Below are positions 38,611 through 46,700 of a stretch of 64,000 bases of DNA, in pieces. The position numbers and the translations under genes are program-made. This DNA is from a virus, in IMG/VR virus record IMGVR_UViG_3300023179_000001, positions 1 to 64,000 of that record. One strand, 5' to 3'. The notes under the pieces were generated by a model. The model had not been told where the DNA came from. It did not search any database and saw only the letters and a program-made list of their open reading frames with translations. Position 1 is the first letter of the stretch, and the number at the start of each line of letters is the position of its first letter.

Positions 38611-38849
38611 ATATCTTTAATAATTTCAGATATTTCTACCTTGATTTCATCAAGCATTTTCTTAAATCTTTTATCCCAATACTCCATGATTTCGTGTTGT
38701 GCTTTAAAATAGGGAGGTCGTTCTTGACCAAAGATCTTCTGGCCCTTGACTCTGACCTCAACATCCAACTTGTCCTTGGCTAAAGCTTTAATTAGCTCTT
38801 CTCGTTTGGCATCTAGTTCGTCCTTCGTGCCCTCGATGGTAAGCCTCAT
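38607..38849 (-). CDS. Hypothetical protein
   Basis: GAGG RBS; ATGA overlaps at both ends. Confidence 0.7.
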   Translation of the reverse strand: MRLTIEGTKDELDAKREELIKALAKDKLDVEVRVKGQKIFGQERPPYFKAQHEIMEYWDKRFKKMLDEIKVEISEIIKDI

Positions 38850-40615
38850 AGCTTTATTTCCTCAAAAAAACGGGCACTTTGACTCTTTTGAGTCTGACCT
38901 TTGGCTTGAGATTCTAGCTTATCTAACTCGGCTTGCAGTTCTTCAACGCTCATGTTCTCGTAGTCTGGCTCTTGCGTGTCGCCCTGAGCTTGAACTTCTG
39001 GATTGTCCCCAGATGACATTCCTGGTTGTCCTGCTAGCTGCCCTAGTGGTGTCAAACCGTCTTGTCCCATCGCCCCTTCTGGCTGCGGCATCTGACTTTG
39101 AATAAAGTTGATAAGCGAAGAATCTAAAACCACGTCGCCTGGGTTTTTGATTTTCTCAAAATCAGGCAAAGGCTTCATATCGTGCTCGGCTCTGATTTCA
39201 TTGATAGTCTTAAAGTTTTTGACCATCTGGACGCATTTATCTAAGTCGTCTTTTTCAGTAGAGGCATTTAAACCTACAAACTCCAGTTCAAAGTTTGGAT
39301 CAAGTCTCCAGATAATATAGTTGTTTAGCAAACTCTCAACGTGAGCGAGTAGCGGTCTTAGTCCTTTATCTTTTGAGTATTCTAATCTTTCACCTTGGTT
39401 TCCGCTTCCAAGACCGCCTGAGCCTGAGTTTTGTCCTGAGCCTTGCTTAGAAATATCAAAACCAATTTCGATAGGATCAATCATGAACACACCGCAGATG
39501 GTCTTGATACAGTATTCAAGCCACTTGCCGAATTCCATCTCTCTGTTGGTTGAGTGGAGAGATTGCCAATTCATTTTTCCATCTTTGCCAAGAGCCATGA
39601 TTGGGGTTCGCCAAGCGTTATTTACCCCAGTGACCTGTGCGTACCACTGTCTTCTAAACGCTTCTAATTGATCGGGTGGAACCATCCCCTCGAAAGTTAA
39701 AATCCCCTTTATTGAAGAGCCTTGAGAGAAGAATTTTCGGTTGTATGTTTCAGCGTTCATATGTGACGTGATAGTTGTCACAAGCATTTCAATTTCGCTA
39801 AATCCATAACCTAGAGCAGTCATATCTGTTCTAGGATTTCTCACTCCAAAAGCCATTTCCCATTCATCGTAAACGTGTCGTTTTACTCCGTTGATAACCT
39901 GGCAGAATTTAGGATGCTTTGGTTTAAACTCTTTAAAGTATTTATCTGCACCATAGTCGATTACGAATTGGGATTCTTTGGTGCTTTGGTTGTAGTCGAA
40001 TCTCTCAACCATTTCCTTTTTGTCTGGGATGATTCGTATAGTCGAAGCATCGACCGCAAGGAATGAATAGGGTTTACCATCGTTTCGGGGGACGATTTCA
40101 AAGTTGACCTGATCGAAGGTGAGACTGTCTCTAGTGATTTTTCTTAGGAAAGTCTCAAAATCATCACGCCTTTTCATCTCTGGAGTGTCCTCAAAGTTTT
40201 CTGGAACCCCACAGTTTTGAATGAACTGTTCTATTTCTTTGATGCGTTTTTCTTCGGCCTTGGACGGGCTTTTATCATCATCTCTAAGTTTGATTTTAAA
40301 ACCCAATGCGTATTTGTCTTTGGCTACTCGTTTGAATGTAGCGACCTGATTGGTTCGTGTCTGAATGATTGATGCGACAATAGGATCTGCGTATGTGATT
40401 TGTCGGCATTTGTCGTAGGAAAGGATTGAATACTTTTCTTTATATCCAAACGAGGTTTGGCCGTAGGCCAGTGGATCCACTAGGGACGATTTGGAATCGT
40501 AGGCTTGCCTGTCTGGAGTGAGAAGACCTGCCTTCATCAACTCATAGCGAATCGGTAGGATTTCCTCTTTTACAAACTCTACCGATTTGGTTAGTGCGTC
40601 TTTTACGATTCCCAT
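38846..40615 (-). CDS. Portal protein (herelle-like)
   Basis: IIQTRTNQV, RDSLTFDQVNFE, VRNPRTD..GYGFSEIE, FFSQG, DPIEIGF, SKDKGLRPLL, TINEIR. Confidence 0.95.
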   Translation of the reverse strand: MGIVKDALTKSVEFVKEEILPIRYELMKAGLLTPDRQAYDSKSSLVDPLAYGQTSFGYKEKYSILSYDKCRQITYADPIVASIIQTRTNQVATFKRVAKDKYALGFKIKLRDDDKSPSKAEEKRIKEIEQFIQNCGVPENFEDTPEMKRRDDFETFLRKITRDSLTFDQVNFEIVPRNDGKPYSFLAVDASTIRIIPDKKEMVERFDYNQSTKESQFVIDYGADKYFKEFKPKHPKFCQVINGVKRHVYDEWEMAFGVRNPRTDMTALGYGFSEIEMLVTTITSHMNAETYNRKFFSQGSSIKGILTFEGMVPPDQLEAFRRQWYAQVTGVNNAWRTPIMALGKDGKMNWQSLHSTNREMEFGKWLEYCIKTICGVFMIDPIEIGFDISKQGSGQNSGSGGLGSGNQGERLEYSKDKGLRPLLAHVESLLNNYIIWRLDPNFELEFVGLNASTEKDDLDKCVQMVKNFKTINEIRAEHDMKPLPDFEKIKNPGDVVLDSSLINFIQSQMPQPEGAMGQDGLTPLGQLAGQPGMSSGDNPEVQAQGDTQEPDYENMSVEELQAELDKLESQAKGQTQKSQSARFFEEIKL

Positions 40616-40634
40616 TTCAAACCCCTAGTTCAAT

Positions 40635-42227
40635 CTAACATTCTACAGTAACGCCTTGCGTGGCATCAATCACTACCGAGCCGTCGTTTTCTGCATCTGC
40701 TTGAGATTGCATCATCTCAATCAGGGCTGCATCTGTTTCTGAAGTAGCCTTGATAACCTCACCGTTCATTTTGAGTTGTGATTTGTTGTACTCGTTTTTA
40801 ACGGCTGGCTTAGACGGATCATCATACAGTGTGCCATTCTCATAGGCTTCTTTTACTTGCTCATCGAATCCTTTTTCGAGTGTTTTCCCAGTTGTGGTCT
40901 GCATCTCAACCGTTGCCTGTCCTGTTTGAACATAGGAATCAAGAGCCTTTTGATAGGCTTGATCTTGGTTTTGAACCGTTGCTTGTTGGATGGGATCAGC
41001 GTTTTGAGTCAATAACTCAGTGGCCTTATCTGCAAAGATATTCCCTGTCTTAGTTCCAAAGTTAAATACAATTCCACCTTTACCCATTGATCGAACAAAC
41101 TGATAGGGGACTTGAGGTCTTTGAACCGTATTCTCGTGAACTCTTTTCAGCTTTCTCACATCTGTTTGATCAGAAATCATTTCGATTAGTGAATCTAAAG
41201 ACTTATCAACTTTCTTTTTCTCTAGTTTCTCAGCGATTTTCTTATGCTGTTTCTCGTGAGCATCTAGTTTTTTATTTCCATCAAAATCAAATTTCTCGTC
41301 TTCTGCTTTCTTGGTGCAGGAACCTTCGCTATAAGGTTTTTTACCTGGGGTTGGTTTATAGCCTTCCCAGCAGCGACCTTCTTTCTCACCTTTATCTACT
41401 TCTTTTAATTCTTTTTTCTGCTCTTTAGCTTCTTTTTTATCGTCCTTTTTGGATGGGGATTCGAGTACACCCACTAGCTTTTTATGCTCTGCAACGAACT
41501 TCTCTTTAGGCATTTTTACTTCTGCTTTGGAGATTTCGTCTAGTGCTTTTAAAAGCAGTTCTTCTTTTGATAAAGAACGCTCGACTTCTTCGACCTGATG
41601 ATCAACATCGGCTAGAGGCATTTCTTTTCCGTGAAATTCTTCACCGTGTTGTTTATCTAGTTCTTCAATGCGTGGCTGCTTGCGTTTTTCTTGCTTGGGA
41701 GTCCGTAAAATCACCATCATCGTGGGAGTAGACAATTCAACTGAGCCTTTGTTGATTTGATCGTCTAGTCTGTCTCTGGATGATTTTTCCATGCCTTGAC
41801 GTGTAGGTAGGTGATTAGAAACTTTTTCTGTGTCGATTGTGGATTGCTCTGATTTTACGAGAGAAGGTGCGTCACCTACTGTAAATCCTAAAGATGATAG
41901 TTGATCCTTTTTCATATTAGCCTCTGACTTTTTAGCTGGTTTATTAGTAGGCCACAAATCCCTGCAAGCCCAATATCCAGGTTTTGTTTTATCTGTCTTT
42001 TCAGAACAGTTGTGTCGTGCTCTAAAATTCTTTTTAGCCCCCTCGGAGTAGTTATGCTTATAGTTCGTATCTCCGTAGTGAACTGTTTTTACATTTCCCG
42101 TCGAAGGATCTTTAACGTAGACCTTTTTCTTTTTCCCAGGTCTATCACTCTGCATGGGTTTATTGAGAGGCTTATCAGCCTTCTCAATAATTTCTTCTAA
42201 TAGTTCTTTAATCTTCATTAGTTTCAA
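40635..42227 (-). CDS. Putative internal head polyprotein
   Basis: VYVKDPSTGNVK...FRARHNC...YWAC and CWEGYK...SC mini-domains; repeated KS/KA sites. Confidence 0.6.
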   Translation of the reverse strand: MKLMKIKELLEEIIEKADKPLNKPMQSDRPGKKKKVYVKDPSTGNVKTVHYGDTNYKHNYSEGAKKNFRARHNCSEKTDKTKPGYWACRDLWPTNKPAKKSEANMKKDQLSSLGFTVGDAPSLVKSEQSTIDTEKVSNHLPTRQGMEKSSRDRLDDQINKGSVELSTPTMMVILRTPKQEKRKQPRIEELDKQHGEEFHGKEMPLADVDHQVEEVERSLSKEELLLKALDEISKAEVKMPKEKFVAEHKKLVGVLESPSKKDDKKEAKEQKKELKEVDKGEKEGRCWEGYKPTPGKKPYSEGSCTKKAEDEKFDFDGNKKLDAHEKQHKKIAEKLEKKKVDKSLDSLIEMISDQTDVRKLKRVHENTVQRPQVPYQFVRSMGKGGIVFNFGTKTGNIFADKATELLTQNADPIQQATVQNQDQAYQKALDSYVQTGQATVEMQTTTGKTLEKGFDEQVKEAYENGTLYDDPSKPAVKNEYNKSQLKMNGEVIKATSETDAALIEMMQSQADAENDGSVVIDATQGVTVEC

Positions 42228-42717
42228 TCCTAATATGAGTTATATCGATCTGCCCATACATATCGGTCAAACCCTTTTTAATTTTATTATTTAGCTCTTT
42301 TTCTGATTGAGCCCTGATGCTCTTCATCAACACTTGTTGCTCCGTCCCATCTTGTGTTGAAAAAGTGATTGAAGCATTGAATGTTTTTGTGGGCTCTTCT
42401 TTGTGCAGAATCTTATCTAAATTACCTTTTTGTAAATCGTTTGAAAGTTCTTTTAGACCTTTGGTGAGATGAACGTACTTGTCGTAAAAATCATCTGTGG
42501 TTCTATAACCTTCAACCGAGTGACCTCGGCTTTCCCAATAAGATGTTTCATAAGGAATGAATCCACCTTCGGGCATCCATTTATAGTGTTGAGCGAAAGG
42601 AGAATCGGGGCCGACCACCATGGGGTCTAAAGATATGGCTTTCTTTAGATCATTTTTCAGCCCCTTCTCTATCGTATCATCCAATAAAGCTGCTATCTCG
42701 TCCAGTTCCATTTTCAC
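42208..42717 (-). CDS. Hypothetical, possible head-associated protein
   Basis: IEKG, LKKA, LQKG, LMKS motifs; upstream of the portal cluster. Confidence 0.6.
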   Translation of the reverse strand: MKMELDEIAALLDDTIEKGLKNDLKKAISLDPMVVGPDSPFAQHYKWMPEGGFIPYETSYWESRGHSVEGYRTTDDFYDKYVHLTKGLKELSNDLQKGNLDKILHKEEPTKTFNASITFSTQDGTEQQVLMKSIRAQSEKELNNKIKKGLTDMYGQIDITHIRIETNED

Positions 42718-43366
42718 CGTCGTACTCCATTAAAGTAGGGATGCCTTCAACAAGTTCTATTTCGACATCGCATGAATCGCAATTAAAGTTTACCACGTTT
42801 TCGGATACACAGGTTTCTTCTAAACATTTTGGGCAAGCAAAAGCTACTAACTTAAATGATGCACCAAACCATTCGTGCACATCTGCTTTTATTTTTTTTA
42901 ATACCTGTGATGCCCAACTCTGAGAAAACCCAAACTCTTCGGCTATCTCTTTTAGGTTATAACCTTGGAGTCGCTTTGTGAGAATGAGTTTTTCGGTCTG
43001 AGTTAGTTTTGAATTGTTGATAAAGCTTGTCAAAGTAAGTTTTGATTCCATAGCTCTTTCGGTTGAGTATTTCTCTTCGATTTGAGAAAAATCAAAATCT
43101 ATGGATTGAATAGGTCTTTTGTTTTTTAGACGCTCTGAGCCGATAAGCTTTCTAACCTCATCAAGTACGGCTCCTCGGATGCGGTAGTTTGCGTAGGTTT
43201 TAAACTTTACACCACGACTAGGATCGAATCTGGTTAAGCACTGAGCATAGCCTTCAAACCCTGCGCTCATTAGTTCGTTTAAATCTAATTTATGTAATCT
43301 TTTCTCTTTGACGGTTCTAAGAACAACTATCTTAATCCACTGGACAATCCTGTTATCCATAGACAC
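42677..43366 (-). CDS. RNA polymerase sigma factor, FliA/WhiG (sigma28)-like, with C-terminal zinc ribbon
   Basis: ELMSAGFEG..RFDPSRGVKFKTYANYRIRGAVLDEVRK (region 2); YNLKEIAEEFGFSQSWASQV (region 4); CPKC..CDSC. Confidence 0.88.
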   Translation of the reverse strand: MSMDNRIVQWIKIVVLRTVKEKRLHKLDLNELMSAGFEGYAQCLTRFDPSRGVKFKTYANYRIRGAVLDEVRKLIGSERLKNKRPIQSIDFDFSQIEEKYSTERAMESKLTLTSFINNSKLTQTEKLILTKRLQGYNLKEIAEEFGFSQSWASQVLKKIKADVHEWFGASFKLVAFACPKCLEETCVSENVVNFNCDSCDVEIELVEGIPTLMEYDGENGTGRDSSFIG

Positions 43367-43383
43367 CTGATCAAAATTAGATA

Positions 43384-43401
43384 CACCGCAATCTTACGGT
43401 G
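43384..43401 (-). terminator. Hairpin between the csp and sigma genes
   Basis: CACCGUA-AGAU-UGCGGUG followed by UAUCUAAUUUU. Confidence 0.4.
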
Positions 43402-43411
43402 AATTGGGAGT

Positions 43412-43633
43412 TTATTCTTTGCTACGTTGGATTTTTGTGGCCTGTGGTTTCTGGGTGCCGCCTCTATCTGCCATTGCTGGTTCAAAAGAAACTGTCTCAC
43501 CTTCATCTAAAACTCTGAATTCTCCAAGAGGAGCTTCGATCTTAGAATAGTGAGCGAAGTAGTCCTTATTGTCCTCGCCCTTGATAAAGCCAAAACCCTT
43601 TTTTACGTCGAACCAAATTACTTTTCCCACCAT
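43412..43633 (-). CDS. Cold-shock domain protein
   Basis: GKVIWFDVKKGFGFI (RNP1), DYFAHYSKI (RNP2). Confidence 0.93.
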   Translation of the reverse strand: MVGKVIWFDVKKGFGFIKGEDNKDYFAHYSKIEAPLGEFRVLDEGETVSFEPAMADRGGTQKPQATKIQRSKE

Positions 43634-43676
43634 AGACTAAAATTCTAACTTAAAACTAGAAGCGCACAACTCTTAT

Positions 43677-44552
43677 TTAAGTGAAATCATCTTTTTTGAA
43701 ATAGATATTCCAAATATCCAACCAATCATCCACTTCAACAAAGCTGCATCCTAGCTTCGACACTTCGGGTCTTTCTTTATCAAATTTATTCTTTTCATCT
43801 CTTAAAATAATTTCGTCTGGAGTTAGAATTGTTCTACCCCAGTTTGCGACACTGACATTTCCTTCTGGAGCGCAGTGATGGATTTTTGAGCCTTCTTCAC
43901 TGAATAGGACATCAAGAGAGTTTGCGAGGGTAAAGGCAAGCCATCGGGTAGGTGTTGGAGTAACTAGATTCTGAGGTAGAGAGATAGGTCTTTTCTTGTT
44001 AGATATAATCTTTCCAGGGAATGTTCTCCAAGGCTTGTGGAACCCGTAAAGCGATCCCACTCGAATGATAGCTCTGTTAGGAATATTCGAGGTCAAAATT
44101 TTTATTTCCATCTCAAGCTTTTGTTTGGCGTATTCGGACTTGGGTGATGATGTATAACTTTCTGGATTTGATGGACTCTTCTCATCAGCGCAGTAATCTG
44201 TTGAAAAGAATATAATGCGTGTCGTTGCAGGTAAATCGTAGTTCAGAGTGATAGGGAGAGTTTGGTTTAGATATTTAGCAGTTTCGTGGGTGCTGGCTGT
44301 TGGTTTAGCTTCTTCTACTGAGCCGCCTCCAACTGCAATCCAGACGCAATCTGGTGCTAGGTCTCTAACCGTGTCGAAGGTGATTAGATCTTTGAAGTTT
44401 AGTCCTTCGGATCTGGATAAGAGAATTGCTCCGTTGCCGTTGGCTGATAGTTCGTGTTCTAAATCTTTCCCCAGGTTTCCTGCGCCCAAAATAACGTGCT
44501 TCATGTGTGCCCCAAGGTAAGCGTTTAGCTTTTCGATATTGATGAATCTCAT
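43677..44552 (-). CDS. RmlD-like NAD(P)-dependent sugar reductase (SDR)
   Basis: ILGAGNLG, FFSTDY, YAKQK, VTPTPT; start may be MKHVIL at 44504. Confidence 0.75.
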   Translation of the reverse strand: MRFINIEKLNAYLGAHMKHVILGAGNLGKDLEHELSANGNGAILLSRSEGLNFKDLITFDTVRDLAPDCVWIAVGGGSVEEAKPTASTHETAKYLNQTLPITLNYDLPATTRIIFFSTDYCADEKSPSNPESYTSSPKSEYAKQKLEMEIKILTSNIPNRAIIRVGSLYGFHKPWRTFPGKIISNKKRPISLPQNLVTPTPTRWLAFTLANSLDVLFSEEGSKIHHCAPEGNVSVANWGRTILTPDEIILRDEKNKFDKERPEVSKLGCSFVEVDDWLDIWNIYFKKDDFT

Positions 44553-44747
44553 TTAGCATTTTAATAGTTCTACAATCTTATCGAAAGTCTTTCGTTTTAT
44601 CTGAACCGCAGTGCTTCTTGCTTTTAGGTCTACGATGACCAAGACATCGTTGTTGTATAGCACTGCAACATTGTCGTTAATTTCTTTGAAATTGGTCAAC
44701 TCCTGATCTTTCTTTGAAATTTTCTTTTTGGACTTTTTATTTCTCAT
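44553..44747 (-). CDS. Hypothetical protein
   Basis: Coupled to the terminase stop codon. Confidence 0.6.
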   Translation of the reverse strand: MRNKKSKKKISKKDQELTNFKEINDNVAVLYNNDVLVIVDLKARSTAVQIKRKTFDKIVELLKC

Positions 44748-46225
44748 ACAAAATCAAAGCTGATTCCTGAGTTACGGGATGCTTCTACTGCGAGCCAAAG
44801 ACTCATAACCATGTCATCGTGAGAACCAAGTCCTTGGAGTTTCCCATCGACAAAGGTGAAGCATTTAAGCTCGTTTAATAGAAGATCGGTGATTTCCCTA
44901 TCTCTTTCAGTTTTCCTTGGGATTACAAATTTCCTGTTCTCAAATAAGATTTGAAGCGATGGTACGCCATCTTCCATCGAGTGTTTTCTTCTGGCAGTGG
45001 TTGTAAAGCCTTCAATGGGTAAATCAGTTCTTCTTACCATCTCGTCTCTAAAGACCTTTTGGAATGCGTTATCTTCAACATAGATGCGTTGAGGCTTGTA
45101 TAAGTGATACACGTTGTTCACTTCTCTTAATTGATCTGTGAGGGACATCCCTTTCTTTCTTCTTATGTCTAATAGCCACTTATTTCCTGAGTTATCGACC
45201 CCTAGTGTCGTTATTACTGTGTAGTCGGCACCAACGGATGACGAGATTGCTAAATCCACTCCCGTAAAGACCTGAAGCTCTGCTCTATCTGATTTGGTGA
45301 GTTGGTTTGGCATCTCATACTCAAAATCGAAACAGGGCTGTAAAATCTTTTCAGGAAATAGGGATGAATCATCTGAGATGGGGGTGACTAGGTATTCACG
45401 TCCGAACCTAGTTGAACCCACTTCCTGCTTTCTTTTGAGCAGGGTTTCAAGACTATAGCGAGTAGGCCAGAGTGCTTTATTATTTCGGATAGCTGGGAAT
45501 TCAGCGAATTTATACGCTTGGTTGTGTCGTAGTTCTGAGTATAGGTCTTTTTGATGCAGTGGAGTGCCAACGACAACTAGCTGCCCATGAGGGATTAACA
45601 TAGGCGTAATAGCTGAGAAAAAATAATCAATCTGTCTCTGTCTCGTGACCTCAGAAAACATCGTTTCATCGTTTAGAATATCATCGCATACGATAAAAGC
45701 AGGATGGGCTCCACGAGTCGATTGCCCATAACCCCTGGCCCTGATTCTGACACCGTTTGAGCATCTAATCTCTGTTTTATTGTTCCACGATTCTTTAGCT
45801 GCTGGAATGAGCCACTGAAGCTTTTCGTTGGATTCAATCTCCATCTTAACGAATTCAAGAAGTTTAATTGCCTGTTCTGTGGTGTTTGAAAAGATGTAAC
45901 CCACTGAAAACTTAGGCATTGATCTAAAGTCCGTTCCCTGTGGCATGGGTGGAACCCAGTTGTAGTAGGCTCTCCAGATAATAAAAGCTAGGGAGAAAAA
46001 ATAGGATTTCCCATGATCTCGTGAAGCTAAGATGGCGAGTTTTTTATGCTTTGCTACCAGTGCTGACCATTCTCGGTGGTGATCTGCTATCTCCGCTCCC
46101 AAGATGTCTTCAGCAAACGTCGCCAGGTCTGCTCGTCTTAGCACATCATCAGACAAGAGATTGCCAATGAGATTCATTCTCTCATCTAGTGGCAGATCAA
46201 TCAGTGATTTCTGTGCAGTTAGCAT
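44744..46225 (-). CDS. terL: Terminase large subunit
   Basis: Walker A ASRDHGKS, Walker B IVCDD, VGTP, nuclease GVDLA and HDDMVMS. Confidence 0.95.
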   Translation of the reverse strand: MLTAQKSLIDLPLDERMNLIGNLLSDDVLRRADLATFAEDILGAEIADHHREWSALVAKHKKLAILASRDHGKSYFFSLAFIIWRAYYNWVPPMPQGTDFRSMPKFSVGYIFSNTTEQAIKLLEFVKMEIESNEKLQWLIPAAKESWNNKTEIRCSNGVRIRARGYGQSTRGAHPAFIVCDDILNDETMFSEVTRQRQIDYFFSAITPMLIPHGQLVVVGTPLHQKDLYSELRHNQAYKFAEFPAIRNNKALWPTRYSLETLLKRKQEVGSTRFGREYLVTPISDDSSLFPEKILQPCFDFEYEMPNQLTKSDRAELQVFTGVDLAISSSVGADYTVITTLGVDNSGNKWLLDIRRKKGMSLTDQLREVNNVYHLYKPQRIYVEDNAFQKVFRDEMVRRTDLPIEGFTTTARRKHSMEDGVPSLQILFENRKFVIPRKTERDREITDLLLNELKCFTFVDGKLQGLGSHDDMVMSLWLAVEASRNSGISFDFV

Positions 46226-46695
46226 TGAGATATTGTAACTCCCTGTGGCAAATGCTTTGGATTTGGATTGATTCGATAAAAAATCAAAGCAGATCCAAAA
46301 GGCACTCCATTCCTCATCGGATTATTCTTATCTAAATAATTAACCCGCTTGCGAATGATGTGAACTTTGGCGTGCGGGAGAATCCACTTCTGCCAGGTGT
46401 CAGTTTCCATGTTTGAGGCTTTATAAATCGCAATGATTTGGTTTTTGGATTGGGCTGCTTTTTGAAAAAACTGATTAGCTTTAGAAAAAGGGGGATTGAG
46501 CCAAGCTATTCCCTGAATTTCGTCCCAGTTCTGTTTGAGTGAATTATCAGCTTTCGTGAAACATTGCTTTGCTTTAGCGTTTTCTTTTGTGGCCGCAAGA
46601 TCAAAGGAGAGGGGATAGAAGAGTTTGATTCTAGTTATCAACTCCTGTGGTGTTTCCCACTCATCGCTTTTTGAACCCTTATAGATTGAAAGCAT
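46219..46695 (-). CDS. Phage Dam-family N6-adenine DNA methyltransferase
   Basis: SDEWETPQ, FDLAA, WLNPPFS. Confidence 0.85.
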   Translation of the reverse strand: MLSIYKGSKSDEWETPQELITRIKLFYPLSFDLAATKENAKAKQCFTKADNSLKQNWDEIQGIAWLNPPFSKANQFFQKAAQSKNQIIAIYKASNMETDTWQKWILPHAKVHIIRKRVNYLDKNNPMRNGVPFGSALIFYRINPNPKHLPQGVTISQC

Positions 46696-46700
46696 TTTAA

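Noticed and set aside
43139-43146. Perfect GCCGATAA on the plus strand inside the sigma gene
   Set aside because: No TAAA-like -35 at the right spacing; intragenic CCGATAA hits near 2713, 17981, 22659 and 51873 fail the same test
32923-46225. Introns or inteins in terminase, portal or helicase
   Set aside because: Motifs are normally spaced; no intein ends or homing endonuclease motifs seen
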